A DNA stretch of 63,974 nucleotides, the filler included, from Hausera hauseri (lineage: Eukaryota): the NCBI GenBank assembly GCA_046269625.1. It is 12 parts of 12 records of this genome, joined end to end, with 100 filler letters (N's around TTAATTAATTAA, not from the genome) between each part and the next. Parts side by side here need not be neighbours in the genome. Positions count along the whole stretch, not along the records: positions 1 to 5,056 come from JBJURY010349490.1; positions 5,157 to 9,339 come from JBJURY010715325.1; positions 9,440 to 19,442 come from JBJURY010256625.1; 9 more parts are not named here. The stretch is one strand, 5' to 3'. The position numbers were made by a program, and so were the translations under genes. Below, in pieces: positions 1 to 12,139 of the stretch (position 1 is the stretch's first letter; every line of letters starts with the position of its first letter). A model generated the notes under the pieces. The model was not told where the DNA came from. It was given only the letters and a program-made list of their open reading frames with translations, and did no database searches.

Positions 1-1239
1 TGTTGTGGAATCTTAAAAGTCAGCAAATTTGTAGGGATTAATTGATTATATTTAAATCAATTATTAAAATTGAAATAAATTTCTTATGTTGGATGTTAAG
101 TGTTCAAAAATAGTATGTCAGTATGAAATATATAAAAATATAGTTTCTGAATTTCTCATAATTGTTTTAAAATATTACAACAATTTGTTATAACTATGTA
201 ATGATAAAATAAACATCAAACCTAAATAATATTCTGCTTTTTAACTGTTATACTGGAAAATATAGAACTTTTCAAATCAACGCCATCTACTACTCATTTA
301 ACGTCAAAGCTTAACTCTAGACAACAAGATAGTTCTCTATAAATAACTAAATGTATATGGAAACTGCTTATTTAGTTTTTATTCTTAGACCAAACAGATG
401 AAGTGATTCAAATCAGTATAGCGTGAAACCTCATTTGTATCACAAGGAAAAACTAGACATGTTTTGATAATAATACAGTTGTGCAAAACTGGAAATCTCT
501 GTACGTAAAATCACTTTGAAAACATGTAGTTTGTTTGGAAAATTTTGAAATTGATTGATTGTCCGTGAGACTTTTTGTTTAGACATTTTATATTGCTTGT
601 TTTTGTCTTCGTGCCAATTTCAAAAGACCGGTAGTTCACATTTTATTGTACTTACCAGGAAACTCATTTTACTGGAAATTTTCGCACTTGTTCAAATCTC
701 CCCAACTATGTAAATGAATTTAGAATTTTGACATAAATGTTCATTGCCTTTCCAGTAGAGGAAAATGGGCTATCTGGGGTATACCCTATCCCCACACTCA
801 AGATCACATAAGGTCAAGTTAATTTAAGGTCACAAGAGGTCAAGGTCATTTAAGGTTAAGGTCGTCTTTCTATATGAGCAAAACGGTTATAAACAAATTG
901 TGAAAATCAAAAAGCATTCAAATAAACAAAAGAATGAAATAATCTCCGTCTTGTACTTTATTATCTGGTGATGAAATAAGGGTAATGCTCACGGTTTATT
1001 TTTATTCAGCTTAGAATTGGTTTTAGTGTGGTTTTGATTGCGTACCAGAAAAACCCCAACCAACGTACAACACAGAAAATACAAAATATTCTAAATAGGA
1101 AGGTAATTTGAAGATAATGATTGCCAGTAAAAACGAGAAGGAAAGTTTGAAAAAAGTATTGAAAAGCTCGCAGATATTTCTGTAAATGGAGTAATAGGCG
1201 ATAAATGATTTTTACCAATAACAAATGTACCATGTACAT

Positions 1240-4205
1240 TAGGGCGTAGCGACATATATTAAATTTTCCCAGATTTTGAGGCACATTTGATGTTTTGTAC
1301 AGTCGACCACGCTGATTTCAAAAATGAACTCGAAAATGTTCCATGACAAACGGAACACATTCCGCTTTTTACTTGAAAATTACAAAAATGTGAATTGCGT
1401 GCGTAGTTTTCACTGAATAGCTTTTTATATACTCACACGGTGGTGCCTTAATTAAAATTTTGCAAACGGAAGTTCTGTTTGTTTTACCAAAAAATAAAGT
1501 TCATTTTTGAAATCAGCATTGTTAAGCTAAAAAATCCCCACATGTGTCTCAAAATCGCACACTTTACAAATATGAGAATTGCGTAGTGTTCGAAGTAAAA
1601 AATTATTGGAACACCAGTTATTTCAACTTAAATTGATTTTAAATATTTCCCATATTGACTAGATTCTCTCATTATTCTTATAATCATATTTTGTAGACTG
1701 TAATAATATAATCTGGTGTTTAAGATGAGATTCACGAATGAATAACAGTAAATCGAAGACACGTCTGGCTGCCAGTCATGGCGTCTACGGAAGCCCTTTA
1801 CCTGAGTTTCCGCTTACTGAACTACCGAAGTGTTTTTAAGTTGTGAGACATTTCCTTTTCTTAAAGGAAAACAAGTACGCCAGTAACAATGCAGTTATTC
1901 CTCAATTAGCCCATGCTATTATTAACCTTTGGAATGGATCAGGCATTCCAACGCAATTGCTGAATAATGCGAAAACGATGTTACATCGACTAATGGAAGA
2001 AGGGTCAACATCAGCAAGACACGGCAGAGGGACAGGAAAGACGAATAAATTCACAGAAAGTCTTAACAGTCTGTTCGGTATTGTCGACTGCCAGTGTGAG
2101 GGCTTGTTGGAGTGTTCGTGTGAGATAGACATGAAAGTTCCACGGTGAGAACGTGTTTTTTTGATTGATCAAAGATCGACCCGTTTGATGCAGATCGGTG
2201 GGGTGGACAAAAAGGTGACCTCATTGATGGAAAGACAAAGATCATGACAAGAGAGGATGGCAGCGTTAAGAGGGGGAGAGCAAAAAAGAAAGCTAGAAAC
2301 CGACCAAGATGTTTCATCTACTGGTGACGTCGAATCAAGCGAAGTAGAATCAGAGTCAGGAGACGAGCGAGTTCATGACTGGAAAGATAACAGCGATCAC
2401 AAAGATAACACTACCGAGAGGAAGTTCCCCTATTCCAACAGTCACTCTAGAGGCTGATCGCTATGGAGTTTCCAACAGGGCTGCTGCAACTATCTGTACT
2501 GCTACCCTGATCGATTTTGTAATCGTCACGGCAGATGATCGAACAAACATCGTTGATCATCATAAAGTAATGAGGGCACGTCGGAAAGGGCGAAAGGATC
2601 TGAAAGAAGTGTCATTTGTAGATAAGATTAGCGCTGTATTTTTTGATGGTCGAAAAGACCAGACTTTAGTGAAGAAGATTGGCGACAAATGGTATGGGAC
2701 AAAGAAAGTCGAGGATCACTACGTTCCGGTCGGAGAACCTGGAGATTACTGTCTTAGCCATTGGACACTAGAACGAGGAAGTGGTGCTGCTATTTCAGAT
2801 GAACTTTACCACGCCATTGAAGAAATGGAAGTCACCCGTGAAGTCGTCGCACTAGATGCTGACAGCACAGCAGTTAATACGGGACATAAGACAGGAGCCA
2901 TTCGTCTAGTTGAATGTCGGCTTGGATATCCTTTGCACTGGTTTGTCTGCAGTCTTCATGTAAATGAGCTTCCTTTCCGACACTTGTGCCAGAGACTCAT
3001 TAGTCCATCTCAAAGCTCAAGTCTGTGGAACAGTTCCGTCGGTAAGTCGCTGTCTTTGTGTGAGATTTGCCAGTGTCAAAGACAGGATTTCAGGCCATCA
3101 CCGACGATATTACCCTACCAGACATCGACTGCAATGACATCAGTTGTAATCAGGCTTACCTGTACAGAATGATTTCAGGAATACGTAATGGCGCCATCAG
3201 TAACGGTCTCCTACGTTAAAAGCCAGGACTGCTGTCACAGTCAAGATGGGTGACAATAGCCAGCTGAGTTTGCCGTCTGTATGTGTCGACAGAAGAAGCG
3301 AGTCCAGAACTCTGCTCCCTAAGTTCGTCGTCTGTCATTATGGACCGATACGGTTCGATATCAAGTGTCGTCTACGGTGCACAGATGGCCCATGTCACTT
3401 CCTCGTATCAGTCAAGTTACAGTGAACGCTTCCTGATGACATCAAGAACATCGTTTGGCCCGTCATTCAGAAGAACGTTCCCTTGACAATGTTGGCGGAT
3501 GGAAACTTGTTGACTGGTCCAGCTGCCATCGACAGAGTCAAGTCAATCCGACAATCGCCGTAATCCAGTCAGCAACAAGACAGACAGTTCGTGTCTCCTA
3601 AGGTCAATGAATCTGTCGATACATTACAATATCTACTTCCACCAGGTGTAGAAGAATATACAACTCCGCTCACCATGAAGTTGTATATTGAACAGCTGGA
3701 AAGATTCGCTGAAGAACCCATTATCGTCGAGATAACATGCCATTCACAAGGTGTTGAACGTTGTGTGACGATAGTGACAAACGTGTCTTCTCGTTTATGG
3801 TATGAAGTCGATAGACGGTTATATTAGAGCAAGCCTGAAGTCCAGGGAACTGTTACCTTCCTTTAAGTCTAAGCAGGACTTTCACGTGTAAATGGACGCT
3901 ATGTGAACTGTTTGCAATTGGTATGAAAACATTGTAACTAACTTGTACTGTAATAAGTTATGGAGTTTTAAATATTGAACAATTCATTTTAAGCAAGTCT
4001 TGTTTTATTTGCAGTAAAACTCGTAAGTAAAATCGGGGCGAATTTTTTGAAAAATCATCAAAAACGACAATTTTTTGTACTTTCGAAGTCAAACAGGGAA
4101 TGCTGCGTTTGTTTTATCAAAAATAAAGTTCATTTTTGAAATCAGCATTGTTAAGTTAACAAATCCCCAAATGTGCCTCAAAATCTCCCATTTCACTACA
4201 TCCTA
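1240..4205 (+). mobile_element. hAT-superfamily DNA transposon (TAGG...CCTA termini), full length, decayed
   Basis: Left end TAGGGCGTAG at 1240 and right end CTACATCCTA at 4205 are imperfect inverted repeats extending about 90 nt (AGATTTTGAGGCACATTTG...GCTGATTTCAAAAATGAAC). Flanks ATGTACAT (1232-1239) and ATCTACAT (4206-4213) form a 7/8 match, consistent with an 8-bp TSD. Confidence 0.85.
1725..3890 (+). pseudogene. DDE transposase of hAT-like type, frameshifted and with stops
   Basis: ORF pieces carry FFDGRKD, DSTAVNTG, WFVCSLHVNELPFRH (CxxH), SQSRWVT (RW motif) and CHSQGVERCV (catalytic E region). Confidence 0.8.
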
Positions 4206-4629
4206 ATCTACATTTCATCCAATTTACAATTCATATGTCGATGCATTATGATTAATGAATCATGTTAAAGTATTTCTGCAGAAAGGAAAAGACGGAAGAC
4301 AGTGATTGTAAATTTATTTGCAACTGTACTTGGATTTGGTGTTACAGTTACGATCGGTTTGCTCGTCAAGATCGGCGGATTGAAATCCGGAGTATCACCT
4401 GACATTTTATCGCACATTTAGTTAAAAGTTGAATTTGAGTTAAAGTTTGAAATCCAATTTATTTCAAATTTTCAAACAAATTTTTTGTTTATTAAAAATA
4501 AATAATTTTAATTATTATTTATTTTTTTAAGCCATCACTTTTCCTTCTCTTTTGTAATCCGTGTTCACTCTTTTCAACCATTCCACTTTTCTTCAAATCA
4601 CTCTACCATCTTCGATATTTTTCAACTCA

Positions 4630-5056
4630 CACTCCCAGCCTTTCTCAAAAGATGAGTGTTCTAGACGCATACGCTACTACCTTTTATTCATTTCCTATTT
4701 TTTGGCTGAGGACTGCTTCGATTGCACCAAACGATGCATCTATATCCAAAATAAAATTCTTCGTTGGAGCCATGAAGGTTAATACTGGCATTTCACAGCT
4801 TCAATTTTAATAGCTTGAAACTTTCCTCACACTCCTTTGACCAAAACAACTCTCTACAAGTACTCTGGAAAGTCTGAAGCAACGGTGCCGCAATGAGCAC
4901 ATACTTCTTGATAAACCTTTTGTAATTGTTGGCCAGATCTAAAAACACTCAACGACTTCGTACACTTTGAAATTTGGAAATTCTGGATCTCTTACTTTTA
5001 GTTGATTTGTTGACACTCCCTGCTTACTAATGGTATGTCCAAGAAATATCAACTCC
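4630..5056 (-). pseudogene. Ty3/Gypsy RT thumb / RNase H fragment
   Basis: Minus-strand translation gives FLDLANNYKRFIKKYVLIAAPL, then FILDTDASFGAIEAVLSQ and VVAYASRTL across frameshifts. Confidence 0.75.
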
Positions 5057-5156
5057 NNNNNNNNNNNNNNNNNNNNNNNNNNNNNNNNNNNNNNNNNNNN
5101 TTAATTAATTAANNNNNNNNNNNNNNNNNNNNNNNNNNNNNNNNNNNNNNNNNNNN
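5057..5156. other. Artificial contig spacer (first of 11)
   Basis: N44-TTAATTAATTAA-N44 (stops in six frames). Identical spacers at 9340-9439, 19443-19542, 25624-25723, 31612-31711, 35817-35916, 40502-40601, 44818-44917, 49492-49591, 55513-55612 and 59643-59742. Confidence 0.99.
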
Positions 5157-5239
5157 ACTTTTATTAACATAACAATACATTGTTTTCAAGCAACATAACA
5201 TTCAGAACAACAATAATGTTCATTCACATAATATCCTAT

Positions 5240-8200
5240 TTACATCTGCACATAGCCATGAGGCAGTGTTCTAATGCCATCCTCCATTATTCGTCACTTA
5301 TCGTCGTACCATTCCAAGCTTTACTTCACCAACTTAACTGTTGCAATAATATGTTCTCTGGACTGTATCCTTTTCATTTCGTACTCTATATTGCATTGAT
5401 CCCGCAGCACCCGCACATAATCATCAAATGTTATGTTCCTGGCCAGTTTTGATCTTTGTACTCCTTTTGCCCGCTTCTTGATTTGTCCGCACACATGGAT
5501 GGTGTACATTTTTGACCGAAGAGCCACAAACCTTGATATTATCTTTCCATTGACTTCGTCCTTGAACTTGCCCAGGACCTTCTTATTCATCACAAAATAA
5601 TTTCTGTGTTCTTTAGGGTAATCTGACGTATCCATATGGGAAGCTAATCTGGCAAAGTAATCATACATGTCCTCCATTTGGATTTGATACACGAAGGAGT
5701 CAGTATCCATGTACATTAGCTGCATTCCTTTGTTGAATGTTGGCACCATTATGTCATAATTAAAATTATACATTAGTGTCTTCGATATGTCCAGTATGGA
5801 CATGTCAACATATATGGGCTTACTGAATTCCAGGCTCGTCTTGAACATATAGATACTTACGAGGTTTTCTCCATATATAATATTGCTGTGAAAGTTGGGC
5901 TTCGCAATTAGTTTTTTCGCCCTCTTCCAATCACAGACCAGTTCTATATTTATTCGGTTCCTGATGTTTTCCATTGTTTTTCCGAACACATTGTTGTTGT
6001 ACAACTTGTACTGGTCCTATTAGAAGCCGTTTTTCGCTTCGGTCCTCAGCTTTGTGTTAAAATCGATGTATAGTTGCAGCTACCTGAAATGACTGAACCA
6101 GAGGGCTCGATGGATCTTCGTTATGCGGAATCCATTCTTTATCGCCTGCTGGAGATTAATGTAATGTGTTACATATCTCTTCTTGTTCTCTATATGACAG
6201 AGCAATTTTGTAAATTTTCCGTTTGGCAGCTGTTTGCTCTCTGGGTAGAAAGGCAGCTGTTCATGCCTCTTGTGGATATCATTGCGGTACTCCACATCTA
6301 CCGCCAATATGTATCCAACATTTCCATTTTGGTCCAGGTCCTGGATCTTGATCTCCTCCGGCTGCTTATCCCATTGAAAATTGCCGTATGGTAATGGGTT
6401 TCTCATTGCCCAGCCATATAAGTTGTTGGCATCTAGGTATGTGACGTATTTCAATGGTTTTAATGCATCATAATCTGCCATATAAGTGCTGTTGGCCTCA
6501 CTATATCTGTGAATGGCGTGGCAGATTCCTCCCCTGATTCCTCGCTCGATCATGAGGACCATGTTATAGTCCTTTAGGATCTGCAACCGGACACCCGTAT
6601 ATCTGAGCAATGCTGCCAGGGGCAGTAAAGAAATTAGCCGAATCCAGATTCTGACTCGCAAGTGTGACGTCTCTGAACTTCTCGAAGACGTCTGTGAGCA
6701 GCAGCACGTCTGTTTGGAGATATACATCACTATAATCTCTAATTGTTCTGCGTTTGAATGTTTGCCAGACCCGCTGTGCGTGTTCATAATCAGTATCACT
6801 GATATCTGTGTCTGACAGTTGGCTATACAAGTCCTTCTTTGCTGGACGTGTTGTCTCGTCCAATGATCCCCATGAAGTTATATAATCACAGGGAGAACAC
6901 CCTTCCGTTTGGCTAAATCGAAAGTTGTTTGGAAGAACATATTCGTTTCCTTCAACTCTTGTGGTAGATTTTTGACCAGGCTGTACAGTGACGATTGCAC
7001 AAAATGATAACTGTCAATAAAATTAAGTCTGGTGTGGCCTATATACTTAGTGAATGAGATATATTTCTCTTCACTATTCGGGATCACCTGAATGTCGCCT
7101 CTCATGTTGCCAAATTCACGAATAATGAAATGGGAGTCATATTTACTGAGATTGTGGAATATGACGTGGGCATGTGAAGAGGTTTTACAGCGCAGGTTGC
7201 AACTGTTGTAAGCTGCACCTCTGTATTTGCCGATTACATGGCAGTGATCCCTTACGTTCCTGTTTTCCATCGTAAATGGGCCTTTGCATAGGTAGCATGA
7301 TGTTGCCATATGCAAATCTCGTTTCTCTGATGACGACATCGCATTTGTTTCTTTATGCGGCTGTCGAATCTCTTTAATTCTATGGACCACATCCTCCAAT
7401 CGCTTTATGAAGTGTGCCGCTGCATTTGGACCCCTGAATAAGAATAACTCCACATCGAGTCACTTGGCATACATACAGTATGATGATAATTTATGCTGCT
7501 GGTATGCCGTTGTGCTACTCCATTGAGGATTGGGACTACAACTGTGCACGGGTCTGAGGATCGTTTCAAAGTCGCAGCAGATAACTACTGGCACTATGAG
7601 CATCTTTTCATACTCCTGGAACTCGATCCTTAGGAAATTCAGTCCGGATGCAATAGTTGTTATTACAGTACATCCTATGTTCCTTAAGCTTCTCCTTAGC
7701 ACCTTCGCCGCTAAAATGTGACAAACAGCGTTTGCATGTTGTAATTCCTCTATGGTTTTTTGTAATTTGGAATCTGATGACGTGTTCGAAATTCTTTATC
7801 CACACATAGTAGCTCCTATCACCATCGTCTATCATGAGAAGATCCCTATGGTCATCACGTTTCATCTCACACACGTTTAGGGGATAGAATCTATTTGTTT
7901 CGTCCACTGCAAATATATTAATGGAAATCTGGTTCACACGTGCAAATTCCTTGATTTCCTACAGAGTTAGTGGAAACTTGATGCAATCAAAATCATAGCT
8001 ATGCTGTAGGTCATTGTACAACCCAACCCACAAGACATTATGTTCATCCGCTATGAGTTTAGACAAGATGGCATATTTAAAGCACATGTTGATCTGATTG
8101 TGCACATTACACATGCCTTCTTCTTGCGGTTCCACTCTGGGAGCTCTATATTGGAGCTACCTCTCATTGGGCTGTACTTGTGTACATGAATCAGCAATCG

Positions 8201-8800
8201 CTTGACTGATGATAGAGCCCAGCCGCTCCCCTTATCCTGGCTCTCCTCAGCTTCATGGAGAAGTTTTGCATATTCCTCATTGATCCATTCCTGAATGTTG
8301 GTAGACTGCATTATCGGCCTATTCGTCGTCTTGAAGGCCCGATCTGATATTTCGTCATTGCCATTACTGTATGCTGCCCCTAACTTAAGGTTGACTTGAG
8401 AGGCCTGGTGTTCCACCAATTTTTCCTATATGATCCTCATACTTTCATTTGCTGCATAGTCCAGGAACTCATTGAGGATTGGTTGACCTGTTGCGTCAAT
8501 TATATATTTGCGGACCTTATTTCCTAGTGTAGAAGAATCAACTGGCCGTTGCCTCTGACTTTTAGATGGGACATTAGTGGCTGCCACAGCACCTCGTTTC
8601 TTGCGCTTTACAGATGGATCCATATGCTGCGCCCGAGATCCACTGCGTTCCGCTGATGTTGTTGATGCGGGAACGGCTGCTGGAACATCTGCGGGAACAT
8701 CTGCTGGAACAACTGCGGGAACATCTGCTGGAACATCTCTGAGGACATTTGCTGGAACATCTGCGGGAACATCTACAACATGACGTGCTGCACTGAATAT
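5240..8800 (-). pseudogene. Protein-primed family B DNA polymerase of Polinton/Maverick/adintovirus type, decayed
   Basis: ExoI ICCDFET, endoVII-like Zn insert CYLC...RDHCHVIGKYRGAA...CNL, ExoII FHNLSKYDSHF, ExoIII YLQTDVLLL, motif A YLDANNLYGWAM, motif B NNVFGKTMEN, motif C YMDTDS, KKVLGKFKDE. N-terminal GSGW motif. Confidence 0.95.
8665..8780 (-). repeat. 12-bp tandem repeat encoding a (DVPA)n linker
   Basis: About 9 units of GGAACATCTGC(T/G). Minus-strand translation VDVPADVPANVLRDVPADVPAVVPADVPA is in frame with MDPSVKRKKR. Confidence 0.85.
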
Positions 8801-8809
8801 AGTCCTTTT

Positions 8810-9280
8810 TTATTTGGTCCGGAAGTCGGCAATGTGGACTCTATGGTCTGTGTAGAACTGTGAGTATTTAGCGCCGGTCACAATCTCGCATACTGGACAG
8901 ATGTAATAGTCCAGTCTATAGTATTTCTGCCCATAATATTCTTGCATCAGCTTGTGGCAATCCTCCGTATTATGTGCTGCTGATGTGCAGGAGGTGTATG
9001 TTGGACACCTTTGAGCATTTGCTTTTTCAGCATTATGCACAGATGGCATATTTGAACGGAATATCTGCTTCTTGGATTTTTCTGCAAAATATTCTAGATG
9101 ATGGGCATGATCTTCTTGAAATTCTTCATGCGTTCTGCATATCGTCTCACATCTAGGGCATACATAGTACACAGTTCTATTGAAAGTATTACTGTAGTAC
9201 TTTATATCAACGGATTGCGAATTATATCCGTGCGCTGCATGGAATTTGGCATTAAATCCTTGTGCATAATTTCCTTGCAT
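8810..9280 (-). CDS. Small protein with two CxxC...HxxH Zn-binding repeats, upstream of pPolB
   Basis: YYVCPRCE...DHAHH and YYICPVCE...DHRVH. A homologue lies upstream of the second pPolB (25724-26128). Confidence 0.65.
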   Translation of the reverse strand: MQGNYAQGFNAKFHAAHGYNSQSVDIKYYSNTFNRTVYYVCPRCETICRTHEEFQEDHAHHLEYFAEKSKKQIFRSNMPSVHNAEKANAQRCPTYTSCTSAAHNTEDCHKLMQEYYGQKYYRLDYYICPVCEIVTGAKYSQFYTDHRVHIADFRTK

Positions 9281-9501
9281 AGCATCACATCTCTATCCTC
9301 CTTTATCTGAATTGACTGATCCACTTTGTAAAGCATTAGNNNNNNNNNNNNNNNNNNNNNNNNNNNNNNNNNNNNNNNNNNNNTTAATTAATTAANNNNN
9401 NNNNNNNNNNNNNNNNNNNNNNNNNNNNNNNNNNNNNNNATCATTGTTTTGAAACAAAATATTTTCTCTGTCTGATGATAGGATAACCCGATCTGTAGTT
9501 G

Positions 9502-10879
9502 TCAGGTTATGCTATCATAAAATCCGTCTCTGTGCCCTTTTACCCATTTATCTCCATTCCTATTTTTACTGTTCTTATTACAATTTTTGGAAACTAGAAA
9601 AATCATCGCCGTTATTATGGCAAGAACGAAAATTGACAAACTATATTTAGCTATTATCGGTAAGCTGTTTGTCTCAATAAAACTGTTTGTGGTAAGCGCA
9701 TTTTGAGTACTAATATATTTATACGGCATTACTTTAATTTTGTTGCCAAGAGTTCGTACTGTAAAAGTTTTAGTTTTCTTACCTCTCGCGGAGAGTCTGA
9801 TTACATAACTGTGCTGCGGTCGTAATAACTTGCATTTGGCATCCTGACTATCCTTTCCCAGTATTGTAATTTGATTGGTGTGCAAGGTGCGACATTCAAT
9901 TTTTACTTTTCGATTTATCGTTTCCTCAGAGTAAAATAGTATTCTATTGCTTTTTGCCAAAATCTTAACCTGTATGCTCCTTAGTTCTTTCTCTAGCATT
10001 TTATTTGAAGTGACGATTGCGGTTTAAACAGTTGTACTTGGGGCTATAGACGGTTTTCCCGTAGTGGTTGGGTGTGGAAGCTTCCATATTCCGATTTTTT
10101 GACGATATCCCGTAAATAAGTACTTCGCTGTCCAGGGTACGTATTGTACAAATCGGGTTGCAACTGATACTCCTGTCTTAATAACAGTACACAGCACACA
10201 GTAGGTAGTCGTCTGGCCAAATAACAATTCTCTGGGTTAGGAATCGAAGTATTCAATTATATAAATCGGACAGAAATTTGTCTGTCTCCAGGCCGTTCCA
10301 CCTTAGTTTTAATTTGAATACATCGGTTTTTAAGTCCTTGTATATCTGAATAATGTTGTAGTCCAAGAGTCTTTTAAATGGATTAGTACTTTGACGTTTT
10401 TCCTCTGTTTTGGCTTGGCTTGTGTCATTTTGTTGAGGCATTCTTATCAATAGATCGGTAATTATATAGGCTTGGGCTCCCAATTGATTTTAATAGAACA
10501 TCTGAAACTTGTATCGGTAGGTTTGTCCGAAATCCAAATCACAACATTTCTTCTGAATTCCATACGGAAAGTCGCATGTTCTCATCGTGGATCTAGTTAC
10601 AAATATTGTTTGAAATTTCACGTGGTCCTGAATAGGTTCACTTGCTATGAACCACGAGCATGGTTTTCTTCAATCCATATCGTACACTCTAAGTTATTGT
10701 AAGTTTTGGATATCCCTCTGTCTTGCTGCATATTGTAGTTTTTCTGTTTGAGTTGTCGACTTTGCCTTGGGTATATACGAAGCGATTAACGATAAGGCCA
10801 GGACTATTTGCACATACGATATTGGTCTAGTTACTATCGACGACGCTTTCTTTTCTTTACTTGTTTTGCTCGAACGCAA
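9502..10879 (-). pseudogene. Type-I membrane protein in frame after integrase, with a probable FN3 domain
   Basis: Hydrophobic signal-like ISYVQIVLALSLIASYIP just after RYNLRS. Cys-containing ectodomain, LLRPQHSYVIRLSA (FN3 L-x-P-x-x-x-Y pattern), TM YSLSIFVLAIITAMIFLV, short basic tail. Confidence 0.6.
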
Positions 10880-10889
10880 ATTATAGCGT

Positions 10890-11960
10890 TTGTTTGGTCT
10901 TATTTCCGCTTTAACTACTCACTAAATCGATATGACCTCTTTCTTGCCACTTTTATTTATATAAATTGTGGTTGGTGTAACCTTAGTAACTTCATAAGAT
11001 CCTCTACATGTTCTGGTAAGTTTGAGGGATGTGCCTTTCTTTGCTACTGGATAGTGTATGTAAACCCAGTTTCCTGGTTCTAAGTTGTGTGGTTTAGCCT
11101 TCTTATCGTATTGCTTCTTAAATTGTTTCTGGTATTCTGTAGATAATTCTTTGGTTATTTCCCAACACTTGTGTAATCTCAGTTGCAATACCTCGACAAA
11201 ATTTTGCTCTAAGCTTCCGTTTTTGTTGTCTATGGTATCAGTCCCAAATCCGTAGGTAGTACAGCTTCTCTACCGTGTATCATAAAAATGGAGTGAATCC
11301 TGTCGCATGATGTGGAGTAGTATTAATGGCAAATTGTGTGCCTTCCAAGAACTCGTCCCAATCTTTCTGGTCTTTTGCGACTACTGTTGATGAGATTTGT
11401 ATAACTGCCGCGTTCATCCGCTTGACCATTCCATAACATTGGGGATTATAAGCTGTGGTAGTTAGTCGTTCAATCTGAAAAATTTTGGTAATTTTATCGA
11501 GCAATTCGCTCGTAAAGTTTCTTCCTCGGTCTCTCAAGATTTGTTCGGGTGGCCCGTATCGGCAAATGATTCTCCGGGCTACTACGTCTGTCAAAATCTC
11601 GGCCTTTTGGTCTATTAACGCTATCAGCTCGACGAAATGAGTCAATCGGTCTACACAAGTCAAAATATATTTGTTGTTTTTGTGGGTCGTAGGTAATGGT
11701 CTTACAATATCTATAGACATTGCTTGCATTGGTCTATCGGGCACATTGATGGGTTTAAGTTCGGCGATGTACTTTTTTACTTTTCTTTGTTTGGTTGCGC
11801 ATACTTCTCAAGCGTTCACCCAATTTCTCACATCGATGTAAATGCTTGGCAAATAATATTTATTCAAGATTCTTTCTAGGATCTTTTTCCACGACATGTG
11901 TCCGGCTAAGTATGAATCATGTTCGGCCATGAGCACTTCTGTACAAAATTCCTTTTGTAT
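10890..11960 (-). pseudogene. Gypsy integrase (HHCC, DDE core, GPY/F-like C-terminus)
   Basis: EHDSYLAGHMS; SIDIVRPLP, YILTCVDRLTHF, ILRDRGRNFTS, TTAYNPQCYGMVKRMN; KLTRTCRGSYEV. Confidence 0.93.
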
Positions 11961-12139
11961 GAGTACCAATTTTCGTCCTTTCCTTTCGTAGTATAATACA
12001 TTTTCGCGATTCACATCTCCAGCGACGCAGCATTTGTGGCCGTGTCGTCGTAGATGTTTCCGTAACTGATGACCCTTGGGTGTTACGTTGGTATCAATAA
12101 ACTCGATAATCTGTTGTATAACTTTGTTTTTTTTTGCTC

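Noticed and set aside
5101-5112. Recurring TTAATTAATTAA palindrome, and ORFs ending in XXX-LIN
   Set aside because: Artificial spacer between contigs. Gene neighbourhoods across spacers were not interpreted.
8577-8783. Plus-strand ORF with (AGTS)n repeats
   Set aside because: Antisense shadow of the (DVPA)n linker that is in frame with pPolB.
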